From assembly GCA_030649895.1 (NCBI GenBank), contig JAUSEX010000026.1, positions 16,823 to 80,822 on the forward strand: a DNA stretch of 64,000 nt, in the 5' to 3' direction. Of the stretch, positions 50,792 through 60,676 are shown in pieces. The notes beneath the pieces were generated by a model that saw only the letters and a program-made list of their open reading frames with translations, made no database searches and had not been told where the DNA came from. Source of the DNA: Candidatus Omnitrophota bacterium. GTDB lineage: Bacteria > Omnitrophota > Gorgyraeia > Gorgyraeales > Gorgyraeaceae. How positions within the stretch are numbered: position 1 is the first letter of the stretch; each line of letters begins with the position of its first letter. A program made the translations under genes and the position numbers.

Positions 50792-51547
50792 CTACATCAC
50801 CATTCCGCCATCTACCTGTATCACCTGGCCTGTTATATATGAAGAGCTTTCGCTCGAAAGAAATAAGGCTAAATCCGCCACATCCTTCGCTCCGCCAAAC
50901 CTCCCAAGAGGTATCGCAGAAAGCATTTTTTTCTGGACATCTTCGGGTAATTTAGCTGTCATATCCGTCATGATAAAACCAGGGGCTATTGCGTTCACGC
51001 ATATATTACGCGAAGACAATTCTTTTGCCACGCTTTTTGTGAGTCCTATTATTCCGGCCTTTGAAGCCGCATAATTCGCTTGGCCCGCATTCCCCATTAT
51101 TCCAATGATCGAGGCAAGATTTACTATCTTACCGAAACGCTGTTTAAGCATAACCTTTGAGACAAGCTTGGTGCATATAAAAGTGCCTTTAAGGTTTACA
51201 GCTATTACCTTATCCCACTCGTCTTCCGACATCCTCAGGAGAAGATTATCTTTTGTTATGCCCGCATTGTTAATAAGTATATCTACTTTATTAAATTTGT
51301 CAAGAATTTTATCCACCATATCCTGAACCTGGATTGAATCAGTAACATCTACCTTGAAAGCAAGGCCTTCGCGGCCCAAACCTTCTATTTCTTTTACAGT
51401 TTTCTCAGCCTCTTCGAGATTTACGTCGCATATAGCTATGTTAGAGCCGTTTCTGGCAAAAAGCATTGCTATTTCTTTGCCAATACCCCTGGCCCCTCCC
51501 GTTATAAGGCTAATCCTGCCTTCTAGAGCTGATTCACACATATTCAT
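50792..51547 (-). CDS. fabG: 3-oxoacyl-ACP reductase
   Basis: SDR motifs TGGARGIG and YAASKAG. The track start at 51589 is extended. The ATG at 51547 ([18 protein letters not shown]) has an AAGAAAGGA RBS. Confidence 0.9.
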   Translation of the reverse strand: MNMCESALEGRISLITGGARGIGKEIAMLFARNGSNIAICDVNLEEAEKTVKEIEGLGREGLAFKVDVTDSIQVQDMVDKILDKFNKVDILINNAGITKDNLLLRMSEDEWDKVIAVNLKGTFICTKLVSKVMLKQRFGKIVNLASIIGIMGNAGQANYAASKAGIIGLTKSVAKELSSRNICVNAIAPGFIMTDMTAKLPEDVQKKMLSAIPLGRFGGAKDVADLALFLSSESSSYITGQVIQVDGGMVM

Positions 51548-51558
51548 TCCTTTCTTAA

Positions 51559-51596
51559 TTCCGCTATGCGATCGGAAGCCCGATCGCATAGCGGAA
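51559..51596 (-). promoter_or_regulatory. Perfect 17-bp-stem hairpin (TTCCGCTATGCGATCGG-aagc-CCGATCGCATAGCGGAA) between fabD and fabG, with no U-tract
   Basis: Read from the sequence. It lies within the fabD-fabG spacer directly upstream of the fabG RBS. Confidence 0.5.
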
Positions 51597-51604
51597 TCGG
51601 TCTA

Positions 51605-52558
51605 TTAATTCGCAAACTTTTTTATATCTTCCGAAGTTTCTATATTATAAACTGTTAACCCTGGATTTATCCTGCGCAATAAACCCTTAAGCACCTTTCC
51701 GGGCCCTATCTCTAAAAATGTATTACAGCCGGCCTGGCTGATTTTTATTACAGACTCCTCCCACTTTACAGGGCTATATAATTGCTTAACAAGGTTCTCT
51801 TTTATTTCTTCCGCTGTTTTTTCGTAATCAGCCGTTACATTGCTTACGATAGGAATCCCGGGATCTAAAAATTTTGTTTTATCCAGCTCTTTCTTGAGTT
51901 CCCCTGCTGAGTCTTTCATAAAAGAAGAATGAAAAGGCCCGCTTACATTTAAAAGAATAGCTTTTTTTGCGCCTTTTTGCTCAGCCAGGGCCATAGCCTT
52001 TTTTACAGATTCAGTTTTACCTGATATGACTATCTGTCCAGGGCAATTCAAATTAGCTATCTCAGCTCCGGTTTCCATGCAAACTTCACTAAGATCCTCT
52101 GCGGAAATTCCAAGTATTGATGCCATAGTGCCGGGATTATTATTAGCTGCCTGCTCCATCAATTTACCTCTCTGACTCACCAGCCTGACAGCTTCCGGAA
52201 ATTCCAATGCGCCGCTAGCAACTAAAGCGCTATATTCGCCAAGACTCAATCCCGCGCAACACGCTGGCTCAAGGCTGAAGGCTGGAGGCTCAACAAAAGC
52301 CCCTTCAGCCTTCAGCCTAGAGCCTAGAGCCCGCAATGCCGCAATGCTTGTCACAAAAATCGCGACCTGGCTATTTGCTGTCTGCGTCAACTCTTCAGCC
52401 GGGCCTTCAAAGCATAATTTTTTCAAATTCAAGCCAGGCAAAATCTCCTCTGCCTGGTCAAATATGTTTCTTGCCTCAGGGCTATTATCGTACAGATCCT
52501 TTCCCATGCCTACATATTGCGACCCCTGGCCTGGAAAAATATAACAAACCTTATCCAC
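51605..52558 (-). CDS. fabD: Malonyl-CoA:ACP transacylase, carrying an in-frame repeat-derived insertion before the active-site GLSLGEY
   Basis: FabD fold motifs (GQGSQ, G.S.GEYSAL). There is about 13 aa of extra sequence (LGSRLKAEGAFVEPPAFSLEPA) encoded by short tandem DNA repeats. Confidence 0.9.
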   Translation of the reverse strand: MDKVCYIFPGQGSQYVGMGKDLYDNSPEARNIFDQAEEILPGLNLKKLCFEGPAEELTQTANSQVAIFVTSIAALRALGSRLKAEGAFVEPPAFSLEPACCAGLSLGEYSALVASGALEFPEAVRLVSQRGKLMEQAANNNPGTMASILGISAEDLSEVCMETGAEIANLNCPGQIVISGKTESVKKAMALAEQKGAKKAILLNVSGPFHSSFMKDSAGELKKELDKTKFLDPGIPIVSNVTADYEKTAEEIKENLVKQLYSPVKWEESVIKISQAGCNTFLEIGPGKVLKGLLRRINPGLTVYNIETSEDIKKFAN

Positions 52559-52575
52559 CCTTCACCCCTGACCCT

Positions 52576-53556
52576 TCACCATTTAATCACCACGGCTCCA
52601 TACGTCAATCCTGATCCAAAGGCAACAAGCGCCACGTTATCGCCTTTTTTGATCCTTCCTTCTTTATTTGCCTCTGCCAGCGCAACTGCAGTTGAAGCCG
52701 ACGACATATTGCCATATTTCTCTATATTGAAAAAAATCTTTTTTTCGGGAAGCCCCATCTTCTTTGCGACTGCCATTAATATCCTTATATTCGCCTGATG
52801 CGGTATCAATAAATCTATTTCAGTGCATAATAAACCGGCCTTTGTGATAGCCTTATTAGCCGCGTCAGCCATTACTTTTACTGCTAGCTTAAACACCTCG
52901 TTGCCTTCCATTTTCAGAAAATGCAGCTTGTTTCTAACAGTCTCCTCTGTAGCGGGCATCCTTGAGCCTCCTGCAGGAAGTTTTAAAAGATTACTGCCTG
53001 AACCATCGCACCCTATAAAATAAGAAACAATCCGCCTATCCTTGCTTTTACCTATAATACACGCGCCTGCGCCGTCTCCAAACAATACGCACGTAGAGCG
53101 ATCTGTCCAATCCACAAGGTTTGTCATTTTTTCCGCGCCTATTACCAATACATTTTTATAAAGCCCGGAATCCACGAATTGCTTTGCTGTAACTATGCCG
53201 AATACAAAGCCAGAGCATGCGGCATTTATATCAAACGCAGCTGCATTAATAGCTCCTATCTTATCCTGTATAATACATGATGTCGACGGAAATGCCATAT
53301 CCCCCGTTACCGTAGCTACGATAATCAAATCTATGTCTTCAGGTTTCAAGCTTGCGTCTTTAATTGCGGCTTTAGCGGCCTCTGCCCCGAGATCGCTTGC
53401 AGCGAACTCTTTAGGCGCAATCCTTCTTTCTTTAATGCCGGTCCTTGTCATAATCCATTCATCGGAAGTATCCACCATTTTCTCAAGGTCTTTGTTTGTC
53501 ATTTTCCTGGCTGGTAGAAAACAACCTAATCCAAGTATGCCGGCCTGTTCCATCAT
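52576..53556 (-). CDS. fabH: 3-oxoacyl-ACP synthase III
   Basis: KAS-III catalytic Cys (AACSGF) and His/Asn motifs. The track N-terminal extension was rejected. The ATG at 53556 overlaps the plsX stop (ATGA). Confidence 0.9.
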   Translation of the reverse strand: MMEQAGILGLGCFLPARKMTNKDLEKMVDTSDEWIMTRTGIKERRIAPKEFAASDLGAEAAKAAIKDASLKPEDIDLIIVATVTGDMAFPSTSCIIQDKIGAINAAAFDINAACSGFVFGIVTAKQFVDSGLYKNVLVIGAEKMTNLVDWTDRSTCVLFGDGAGACIIGKSKDRRIVSYFIGCDGSGSNLLKLPAGGSRMPATEETVRNKLHFLKMEGNEVFKLAVKVMADAANKAITKAGLLCTEIDLLIPHQANIRILMAVAKKMGLPEKKIFFNIEKYGNMSSASTAVALAEANKEGRIKKGDNVALVAFGSGLTYGAVVIKW

Positions 53557-54554
53557 TGCTCCTTCCTGACAGCAATAGTTTCTACGATATGCTGGTTTAC
53601 GTTCTTGACTACTTCTTCTCCCGCCACCCTTATGGCGTTTTTTATGGCCTTGGGGCTTGAAGAACCATGCCCTATTATGCATACACCATTGACCCCAAGA
53701 AGCGGAGCCCCGCCATATTCAGCGTAATCTAACCTTTTTTTCATTGACATGAAAGCGTTTCTAGACAGCACAGCCCCTATCGCGGATAGAAAACTGCTCT
53801 TTAATTCTTTTTTAAGCATTTCTCCGAACGCATGAGCGACTGCTTCGGTGACCTTGAGAGCTACGTTGCCCACAAGACCGTCGCAAACAATTACATCGCA
53901 ATCTCCTATAAAAAAATCCCTTCCTTCCACATTACCTATAAAATTAAGCCCGGAAGATTCGAGGAGGCCGTAGGCCTCTTTCAAGAAACCAGTGCCTTTT
54001 GATTCTTCTTCGCCTACGTTTAAAAGCCCTACCCTTGGAGACTTTTTATTCAGGATATACTCTGAATAGGCGCTCGCCATAATGCCGTATTGTAAAAGAT
54101 GAGACGCCTTGGCGTCTATATTCGCGCCTCCGTCTATCATTACCATAGGGCCTTTAAGCGTAGGCATGACAATCCCTATGCCCGCTCTTTCTATTCCCTG
54201 AAGAAGCCTGCATTTAAGCGTAGCAGCGCAAACCATAGCTCCTGTATTTCCGGCGCTTACTATCGCGTCTACCTTTTTCTCTTTTGCAAGATTGCAAAGA
54301 ACAACTATAGACGAATCTTTTTTTCTTCTTACGCTCAAGACAGGCTGCTCATGCATGCCTATCAATTCAGAGGCGTGCTGTATTAATATATTAGAAGGAA
54401 CGGGCTTGTGTTTTTCCAGTTCTTTTTTTATTAGGCCCTCATCCCCTACCAATGTAATCTCATAACTAAATTCACGGGCTGCCAGCACGGCTCCTTCTAC
54501 GTCCGAAAACGGAGCGTTGTCAGAGCCCATGGCATCAAGAGCTATTTTAATCAT
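53553..54554 (-). CDS. plsX: Phosphate acyltransferase PlsX
   Basis: PlsX family motifs, about 333 aa, in the conserved rpmF-plsX-fabH context. Confidence 0.9.
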   Translation of the reverse strand: MIKIALDAMGSDNAPFSDVEGAVLAAREFSYEITLVGDEGLIKKELEKHKPVPSNILIQHASELIGMHEQPVLSVRRKKDSSIVVLCNLAKEKKVDAIVSAGNTGAMVCAATLKCRLLQGIERAGIGIVMPTLKGPMVMIDGGANIDAKASHLLQYGIMASAYSEYILNKKSPRVGLLNVGEEESKGTGFLKEAYGLLESSGLNFIGNVEGRDFFIGDCDVIVCDGLVGNVALKVTEAVAHAFGEMLKKELKSSFLSAIGAVLSRNAFMSMKKRLDYAEYGGAPLLGVNGVCIIGHGSSSPKAIKNAIRVAGEEVVKNVNQHIVETIAVRKEQ

Positions 54555-54595
54555 ATAAAACCCTCATTGTGCAACAATAAATGATAACTTAAAAA

Positions 54596-54796
54596 TTATT
54601 TTTTCTCTCTTTTCTTCTTCTCTTTAATCTGCATCACCTGCCTGCCTTTGTAATAACCGCATACGCTGCATACGCGGTGCGGCAGCTTTGGAGCTTTGCA
54701 ATTAGGGCACACAGCGATGCTCTGCACGTGAATCTTTTGAGAACCTCTCCTCTTTCCCTGCCTTGAGCTTGAGTGTCTTCGTTTTGGTAACGCCAT
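54596..54796 (-). CDS. rpmF: 50S ribosomal protein L32 (zinc-ribbon form)
   Basis: MA.PKRR..S.R..RR N-terminus, CPNC...C..CGYY Zn motif and YKGRQV. Confidence 0.85.
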   Translation of the reverse strand: MALPKRRHSSSRQGKRRGSQKIHVQSIAVCPNCKAPKLPHRVCSVCGYYKGRQVMQIKEKKKREKK

Positions 54797-54812
54797 TTTA
54801 AACTCCTTGTCG

Positions 54813-54886
54813 TATTGTTCGAGCGGCCCACCATTGTTTCTGCGGCGGGAAGACGAGAGCTTCTCGGCTTCGCTCGAAACATATTA
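54813..54886. repeat. Family-3 repeat, long inverted-repeat form (TATTGTTCGAGCG...GAGCTTCTCGGCTTCGCTCGAAACATATTA), between yceD and rpmF
   Basis: The terminal arms are the reverse complement of each other. It shares the 5' block with copies A and B and the internal block with 33788-33863. Confidence 0.55.
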
Positions 54887-55291
54887 TTTACTACAATCGC
54901 ATTCCCCTGTGTTAAGATTCTGGCCGCAATTAGGGCAAAGCCCTTTGCATTCAACCTTGCATACAATCTTCATCGGATAATCCAGTATTATCTCCTGCCT
55001 TATCTCGTCGTCCAGCTCTACTATTTCCGCAGGTTTTACCTCCCGGATCAGGTTGAACTTTTTTTTAAAAACTCCTTCGAATTTACTGAGGCATTTATTG
55101 CACGTATATTCCACGGGCGCTTCCAGCGCGATATCTGCGAACATTTCAGCTCCGGCCTTTAAGATATTCGCCTTTATATCCACAGGCTTGACAAAGATTA
55201 TGCCTTCCGTATCTATTAAAAGCGCTTCCGGGTAGATCTTTTCAGTTAATTCTATCCCGCCTTCCGGTATTTTATCAACATATATCTTCAT
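54884..55291 (-). CDS. yceD: YceD/DUF177 family protein (large-subunit rRNA accumulation protein)
   Basis: C-terminal C..CG.NLN.G.C.C motif and the conserved position upstream of rpmF. Confidence 0.75.
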   Translation of the reverse strand: MKIYVDKIPEGGIELTEKIYPEALLIDTEGIIFVKPVDIKANILKAGAEMFADIALEAPVEYTCNKCLSKFEGVFKKKFNLIREVKPAEIVELDDEIRQEIILDYPMKIVCKVECKGLCPNCGQNLNTGECDCSK

Positions 55292-55347
55292 AGTAAACGT
55301 ACGGAAAAAACGCAGAAACCAGCGTTGAGTTTCAGCGCAATTCCGTA

Positions 55348-56400
55348 TTATGTTTTGCGTATTTCCGCGATTTTATAGGTATCGCGGGCTATCATCAACT
55401 CTTCGTCAGTGGAAATCACAAGCGCCTTTGTATCTTTCGAAACAACGCCTTTACAGATTTTCTCGACAAGGCCCGGATTATTCTCGCCTATGCCGCCCGT
55501 GAAAATCACCGCATCGCATCCTGACATTACGCCCGCATAAGAACCTATATATTTTTTTATCCTGTAAATAAAAATATCCAGCGCCAATCCTGCTCTTTTA
55601 TTCTCAGCCTTTGCTTTCATAAGTTCGCGCATATCATTGCTTAGCCCGGAAACGCCTAAAAGCCCGCTTTTTTTATTGAGTATTTCCATAACGGCGTTTA
55701 CGCCTATGTTTTCTTTTTCCATTACGTACGGTATAATTGCCGGGTCCAGATCGCCGGAGCGCGTGCCCATCACAAGGCCTTCCAAAGGAGTAAATCCCAT
55801 GCTTGTGTCAATCGCTTTGCCGTTTTTGACAGCAGTTATGCTGCACCCGTTTCCAAGATGGCACGTGATAAGCCTCAGTCTGTTCAAAGGCCTTTTCAGC
55901 AAACAGGCTGCCCGCTCGGATACATATCTATGGCTGGTGCCGTGAAAACCGTATTTTCGAATCTTATATTTTTCATAAAACTTATAAGGAATTGCGTAAA
56001 TATACGCATGCTCGGGCATATCGTAATAAAATGCCGTATCGAATACAGCCACATGAGGTATACCTGAAAGTATTTTTCTGGATTCGCTTATAGTCAATAA
56101 GCCCGGTGGATTATGCAGCGGAGCCAGTTCAGTAAAATCCTCTATAGCCTTTATGACATTTTTATCTATTAAAACAGATTCGCTGAATTTATCCCCCCCA
56201 TGGACCACCCTGTGCCCCACAGCTTCTATTTTAGCGCCTATCTTACTTAATATAAAATCAATAGCCTCTTTATGGCCTGGGGTCTTTTCCCCTATCCGGT
56301 CTACGATGCCTTTATCCAAAAGCCTTTCTGACCGCTTCTGCGCATCAAAAAGTTTATATTTTATTGAAGAACTTCCGCTATTTAAAACAAGGATTTTCAT
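55348..56400 (-). CDS. ackA: Acetate kinase (short form, about 350 aa)
   Basis: LVLNSGSSSIKYKLF, HRVVHGG, LAPLHNP, VAVFDTAF, YGFHGTSH and FTGGIGEN. Confidence 0.75.
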   Translation of the reverse strand: MKILVLNSGSSSIKYKLFDAQKRSERLLDKGIVDRIGEKTPGHKEAIDFILSKIGAKIEAVGHRVVHGGDKFSESVLIDKNVIKAIEDFTELAPLHNPPGLLTISESRKILSGIPHVAVFDTAFYYDMPEHAYIYAIPYKFYEKYKIRKYGFHGTSHRYVSERAACLLKRPLNRLRLITCHLGNGCSITAVKNGKAIDTSMGFTPLEGLVMGTRSGDLDPAIIPYVMEKENIGVNAVMEILNKKSGLLGVSGLSNDMRELMKAKAENKRAGLALDIFIYRIKKYIGSYAGVMSGCDAVIFTGGIGENNPGLVEKICKGVVSKDTKALVISTDEELMIARDTYKIAEIRKT

Positions 56401-57414
56401 TTAAACTAATAACCCGCCTTGCGCCCTGACAGCTGTTATCGCTACCGCGTCTATAATATCCTGCGAGTCGCAACCGCGCGATAAATCGCTGGCTGGTTTT
56501 TGAAGGCCCTGCAGAAGCGGCCCTATAGCGCGCGCTTTTGCAAGACGCTGTGTCAATTTATAGGAGATATTGCCCGCGTCCAAATTCGGGAATATAAAAA
56601 TATTCGCCCTGCCTTTAATCCTGGAATCAAGATCCTTTCTCCTGGCAATTTCCGGCACCACTGCGCAATCAACCTGTATCTCCCCGTCTATCAATAAATC
56701 CGGCTCTCTCTGCATAACTATCCTGGTAGCTTCCCGGACCTTTTCTATGCTTTTATTAATGCCGCCGCTTCCCTTTGTTGAATAGCTCAACATCGCAATC
56801 TTTGGCTTGTCTTCAAGCAGTATCTTTGCCATGCGGCCGCTTGATATTGCTATATCCGCCAGTTGTTCGGCAGTCGGATCAGGAACTATGCCCGCGTCAG
56901 CGTATATAAACACCCCGTTAGACCCGAACATCTTATCGTTAAGTATCAGAAGAGTTGAGCTTGAAACTGTCTTTATGTCCTCTGCCGGCCCGATACAGTA
57001 TATGGCAGCTTTTGCGACATCGCGGGTAATGGTAGCTGCCCCTGACACAGTACCGTCCGCGTCTCCTGCGCTAACCATGAGGCTAGCGTAAAAAACAGGG
57101 TTTTTAGTTATTATCTTTAAGGCGTCGTCTATGCTTACCTTTTTATTTTTACGCTTTTCGCAATATATAGCTGCATACCTGCCAAGATCTTTCGATATCC
57201 TATTGTCTATTATTTCGAGCCCCTTTAGATCTATGCCCTCTTTTTTAGCGATTTTATACGCCTCTTCAGGGTCGCCTATTAAAACAGGCGCTGCAATCCC
57301 TGATCTTAAAATGCCCTCGATAGCCTTTAAAACTCTTTCATCATGCGCCTCTGATAATAAAATTTTTTTCTTTAACTTTTTGGCGCGTTCATGTATCTTT
57401 TTCAAAAATTCCAT
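56401..57414 (-). CDS. pta: Phosphate acetyltransferase (PTA_PTB family)
   Basis: PTA_PTB fold motifs (SEAHDERVL, GPLLQGL), directly upstream of ackA. Confidence 0.85.
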   Translation of the reverse strand: MEFLKKIHERAKKLKKKILLSEAHDERVLKAIEGILRSGIAAPVLIGDPEEAYKIAKKEGIDLKGLEIIDNRISKDLGRYAAIYCEKRKNKKVSIDDALKIITKNPVFYASLMVSAGDADGTVSGAATITRDVAKAAIYCIGPAEDIKTVSSSTLLILNDKMFGSNGVFIYADAGIVPDPTAEQLADIAISSGRMAKILLEDKPKIAMLSYSTKGSGGINKSIEKVREATRIVMQREPDLLIDGEIQVDCAVVPEIARRKDLDSRIKGRANIFIFPNLDAGNISYKLTQRLAKARAIGPLLQGLQKPASDLSRGCDSQDIIDAVAITAVRAQGGLLV

Positions 57415-57432
57415 AATCCCGCCCTTGTGACC

Positions 57433-57912
57433 CTACTTTAATTTTGATTTAATTGCTTTCTCGATAAATAAAGGCACAAAACCCTTCAAATTCGCCCCAA
57501 GGCTGGCAGCCTCTTTAATCAACTTCGACGAAAGGTAAGAATACGCCTCCGAAGGCATCATAAAAATCGTCTCAACGTCTTTGGAAAGCTTTCTGTTCGT
57601 AAGCGCCATCTGAAACTCATATTCAAAATCTGAAATCATCCTGAGGCCCCTGATAACAACTCTTAATTTTTTCCTTTTTACGTAATCCACCACAAGGCCC
57701 TGAAAATCATCCACTTCCACTCCTTTAATGCCTTTTGTGGCTTTTTTTAATAATTCCACCCTTTCAGCTACGCTAAAAAGAGGGTCTTTTTCGCTATTAT
57801 GGGCAACGGCCACAATAACCTTATCAAACACCTTAAGCGCCCTCTTTATTATATCAAGATGGCCGTATGTAACAGGGTCAAAGCTGCCGGGATATATAGC
57901 TGTATTTTTCAT
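57433..57912 (-). CDS. coaD: Phosphopantetheine adenylyltransferase
   Basis: YPGSFDP.T.GH.DII motif, about 159 aa. Confidence 0.9.
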   Translation of the reverse strand: MKNTAIYPGSFDPVTYGHLDIIKRALKVFDKVIVAVAHNSEKDPLFSVAERVELLKKATKGIKGVEVDDFQGLVVDYVKRKKLRVVIRGLRMISDFEYEFQMALTNRKLSKDVETIFMMPSEAYSYLSSKLIKEAASLGANLKGFVPLFIEKAIKSKLK

Positions 57913-57982
57913 CCTTCGATTCCTTTCAGTCGCTCAGAATAACCCTGAACAAGTAAAGTCAAACTACTACAAGCCAAATGGG

Positions 57983-58555
57983 TCATTTTCTGAAAAACTC
58001 CAATAAAGTGTCGCCGTATTTAGAAGACCTGATTTTTTTGAAAATACCGGATTCCTCAGGAAGGCCCTCTTTTTTAAATACCTCTGCTATAACCAAAGCA
58101 TTGGGCGTTAGTATATCACAATTGGATAATCCTATCAAGGTATTTCTAGCCAGATCTGTGTGATAAGGCGGGTCAAAAAATACAATACCAAACAGATCTC
58201 CTGCAGGGAACGATTGCAGCCGCCCCCTGCCTGTTTGAAGCGTCTTTATGCCATCTATGCAGTCTTTACTATATATATCATATGAACTTTCAGGCGTTCC
58301 AAGCATGCCCAGATTCTTTTTTAAAACAGAAATGCAGTTTCGGCTACTGTCAATAAAAACAACTTTTTTTGCCCCTCTTGACAATGCCTCTATGCCCATA
58401 GCCCCGCTTCCGGAATAAAGGTCTAAAAAAACCGCCCCTTCGACGCGATTCTTCAGTATCTCAAACAAAGACTCCCTGACCTTGTCGGACGTCGGCCTGA
58501 TTCCTTTCGGCATTTCTATTATCCTGCCCTTGTATTCACCTGCTATTATTCTCAT
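57983..58555 (-). CDS. rsmD: 16S rRNA (guanine966-N2)-methyltransferase
   Basis: DLYSGSGAMGIEALSRGA SAM motif and DPPY. Confidence 0.85.
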   Translation of the reverse strand: MRIIAGEYKGRIIEMPKGIRPTSDKVRESLFEILKNRVEGAVFLDLYSGSGAMGIEALSRGAKKVVFIDSSRNCISVLKKNLGMLGTPESSYDIYSKDCIDGIKTLQTGRGRLQSFPAGDLFGIVFFDPPYHTDLARNTLIGLSNCDILTPNALVIAEVFKKEGLPEESGIFKKIRSSKYGDTLLEFFRK

Positions 58556-58571
58556 AATTATATATTTTACC

Positions 58572-58596
58572 TCTTTCCGACTCCGTGAGTCGGAAA
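58572..58596. repeat. Family-2 hairpin CTTTCCGACTC-cgt-GAGTCGGAAAG, after the recG stop
   Basis: Perfect 11-bp stem. On the plus strand it is followed by GTTAAGTTTTTACCC (U-rich). Confidence 0.65.
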
Positions 58597-58606
58597 GGTT
58601 AAGTTT

Positions 58607-60676
58607 TTACCCAACTGAAGCCAATGCCAGGTCCTCTCTGCTAAACTTATTCAAAAGGCTTTCGCGAATCAGTCTGTTGTCAGGAGAGCGTAAAAATCTG
58701 TCCTTCTGAACCAGTTCAAACGCCTCTTTTCTAGCTGCTTCCAGCGCCTCTCTGTCCCTGACTATATTCGCAATCTTTAATTCAGGAAGGCCATGTTGTC
58801 TTGTGCCGAAAAATTCTCCGGGGCCCCTTATTTCAAGGTCAAATTCCGCTATTTTAAAACCGTCCTGGGTTTTAAGCATCGCGCTTATCCTCTGCTTAGC
58901 ATCGTCGGTCCTGGGTTGGCTTACTAAAACACAATAAGACAAGTGCTTTCCCCTGCCGATCCTGCCTCTCAGCTGATGCAGCTGGCTAAGCCCAAACCTT
59001 TCGGCGTGTTCTATGATCATAACCGACGCATTGCTGATATCCACTCCCACCTCTATAACTATAGTTGAAACCAGCATATTTATTTTTTGGTCTTTAAAAT
59101 CACGCATAACAGCTTCTTTTTCCCTGGATTTCATCCTCCCGTGCAAAAGCCCTATCTTTAAATCGGGAAAATTACCGCTGAGTTCTTTATGCATTTTTAT
59201 GGCTGCCCTCAAATCTGATTTTTCTGATTCATCTATTATTGGATAGACTATGTAAGCCTGCCTTCCTATATTTATCTCTTCTTCCGCTATTTTATATGCC
59301 TTTTCCCTGTTTTTTTCTTCGAAGAAAAATGTCTTTACCCCGCCTCTTCCTGGAGGCAATTCGTCTATCACTGAAACATCCATATCCCCGTAAACAGTCA
59401 GCGCCAGGGTCCTTGGTATCGGAGTAGCTGTCATTACAAGTATGTCAGGATTTTGCGACTTGGATTTCAGCATCGCCCTCTGCATCACTCCGAACTTATG
59501 CTGTTCGTCTATTATTGCAAGGCCTAATTTTTTAAAACTAACCCCTTCCTGAATAAGCGCGTGCGTTCCTATAATAATATCAGCCTCGCCTATTTCTATC
59601 ATATGGCGCCTGCGCCTGCGCTCCTCTTCTTTTAAATCTCCAGACAGGATCACTACTTTTACGCCAAGGTTTTCCACAAGCTCCTTTATGTTCCTATAAT
59701 GCTGCTCCGCAAGTATTTCCGTAGGCACCATAATCGCGCCCTGATAGCCGTTCTGGACAGTCAAAATAAGCGCATATAAAGCTACTACTGTTTTACCGCT
59801 TCCGACATCTCCCTGAAGAAGCCTGTTCATTGGTTCCAGGCTTTTCATGTCATCTTCTATTTCTTTTATCACCCTTGACTGACTTTTTGTAAGTTCAAAA
59901 GGTAAGATGGCTTTAAACCTACCTATTAGATCCCCATCCAATTTATGGCTACAGCCTGTCAGGTCAATTTTTACGCTCGCTCTTTTTAACGCAATCCCTG
60001 TCTGTAATATAAAAAATTCGTCAAATATAATCCTCTCTCTGGCTTTTTTTAAGACCAGCTCGCTTGCTGGAAAATGTATATTTCTCACAGCCTCTTTAAG
60101 GACAATCAGATCGTTTCTTCTGCGCATCTCAAAAGGCAGCATGTCTGTAATCCCGTCCGCATAATTATCCACTGTAAACTTTATAATATTCCTGAACCAC
60201 CGCTGATTAAGGTTTTCAGTAAGCGGATACACGGGGACAATCCTTCCTATATGGACAAAATCTTCTTCTGTGCCTGTCAAGATTTCGTATTCGGGACTAT
60301 TCATCTGAAGATAATTATATCTTTCCACCTTTCCGTACAAAATTAACTCCTGGCCTATTTTAAATTTGTCTTTCATGTACGGCTGATTAAACCATGTGGC
60401 GTGAATCACTCCAGTGGAATCCCCTACGGCCACTTGAAATATATTCATGCCTTTTTTTGACATACGGTCGCCAAAAGTAAGGACCTTTGCTTTTATTGTC
60501 TCGAAATTACCAGACCTCGTTTCTTTTATTTTTTTTATTCTACTCCTATCTTCATGCCTTCTTGGAAAACAGTAAAGAAGATCCTGGACAGTCTCTATGC
60601 CCAGCTTGTTCAACGTGCTAAGCCTGGAAGGCCCAACGCCTTTAATAAACCTTGCGGAAATATTAAGATCCTTCAT
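58607..60676 (-). CDS. recG: ATP-dependent DNA helicase RecG
   Basis: Wedge domain, helicase motifs (GDVGSGKT, DEQH) and TRG motif, about 689 aa. Confidence 0.9.
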   Translation of the reverse strand: MKDLNISARFIKGVGPSRLSTLNKLGIETVQDLLYCFPRRHEDRSRIKKIKETRSGNFETIKAKVLTFGDRMSKKGMNIFQVAVGDSTGVIHATWFNQPYMKDKFKIGQELILYGKVERYNYLQMNSPEYEILTGTEEDFVHIGRIVPVYPLTENLNQRWFRNIIKFTVDNYADGITDMLPFEMRRRNDLIVLKEAVRNIHFPASELVLKKARERIIFDEFFILQTGIALKRASVKIDLTGCSHKLDGDLIGRFKAILPFELTKSQSRVIKEIEDDMKSLEPMNRLLQGDVGSGKTVVALYALILTVQNGYQGAIMVPTEILAEQHYRNIKELVENLGVKVVILSGDLKEEERRRRRHMIEIGEADIIIGTHALIQEGVSFKKLGLAIIDEQHKFGVMQRAMLKSKSQNPDILVMTATPIPRTLALTVYGDMDVSVIDELPPGRGGVKTFFFEEKNREKAYKIAEEEINIGRQAYIVYPIIDESEKSDLRAAIKMHKELSGNFPDLKIGLLHGRMKSREKEAVMRDFKDQKINMLVSTIVIEVGVDISNASVMIIEHAERFGLSQLHQLRGRIGRGKHLSYCVLVSQPRTDDAKQRISAMLKTQDGFKIAEFDLEIRGPGEFFGTRQHGLPELKIANIVRDREALEAARKEAFELVQKDRFLRSPDNRLIRESLLNKFSREDLALASVG

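Noticed and set aside
55348-56400. Butyrate kinase as an alternative to acetate kinase, with ptb instead of pta
   Set aside because: The N-terminus has the acetate-kinase-type GSSSIKY (not the buk GSTSTK) and the acetate-kinase motifs HRVVHGG and VAVFDTAF. The short length, about 350 aa, is unusual but does not outweigh the motifs.
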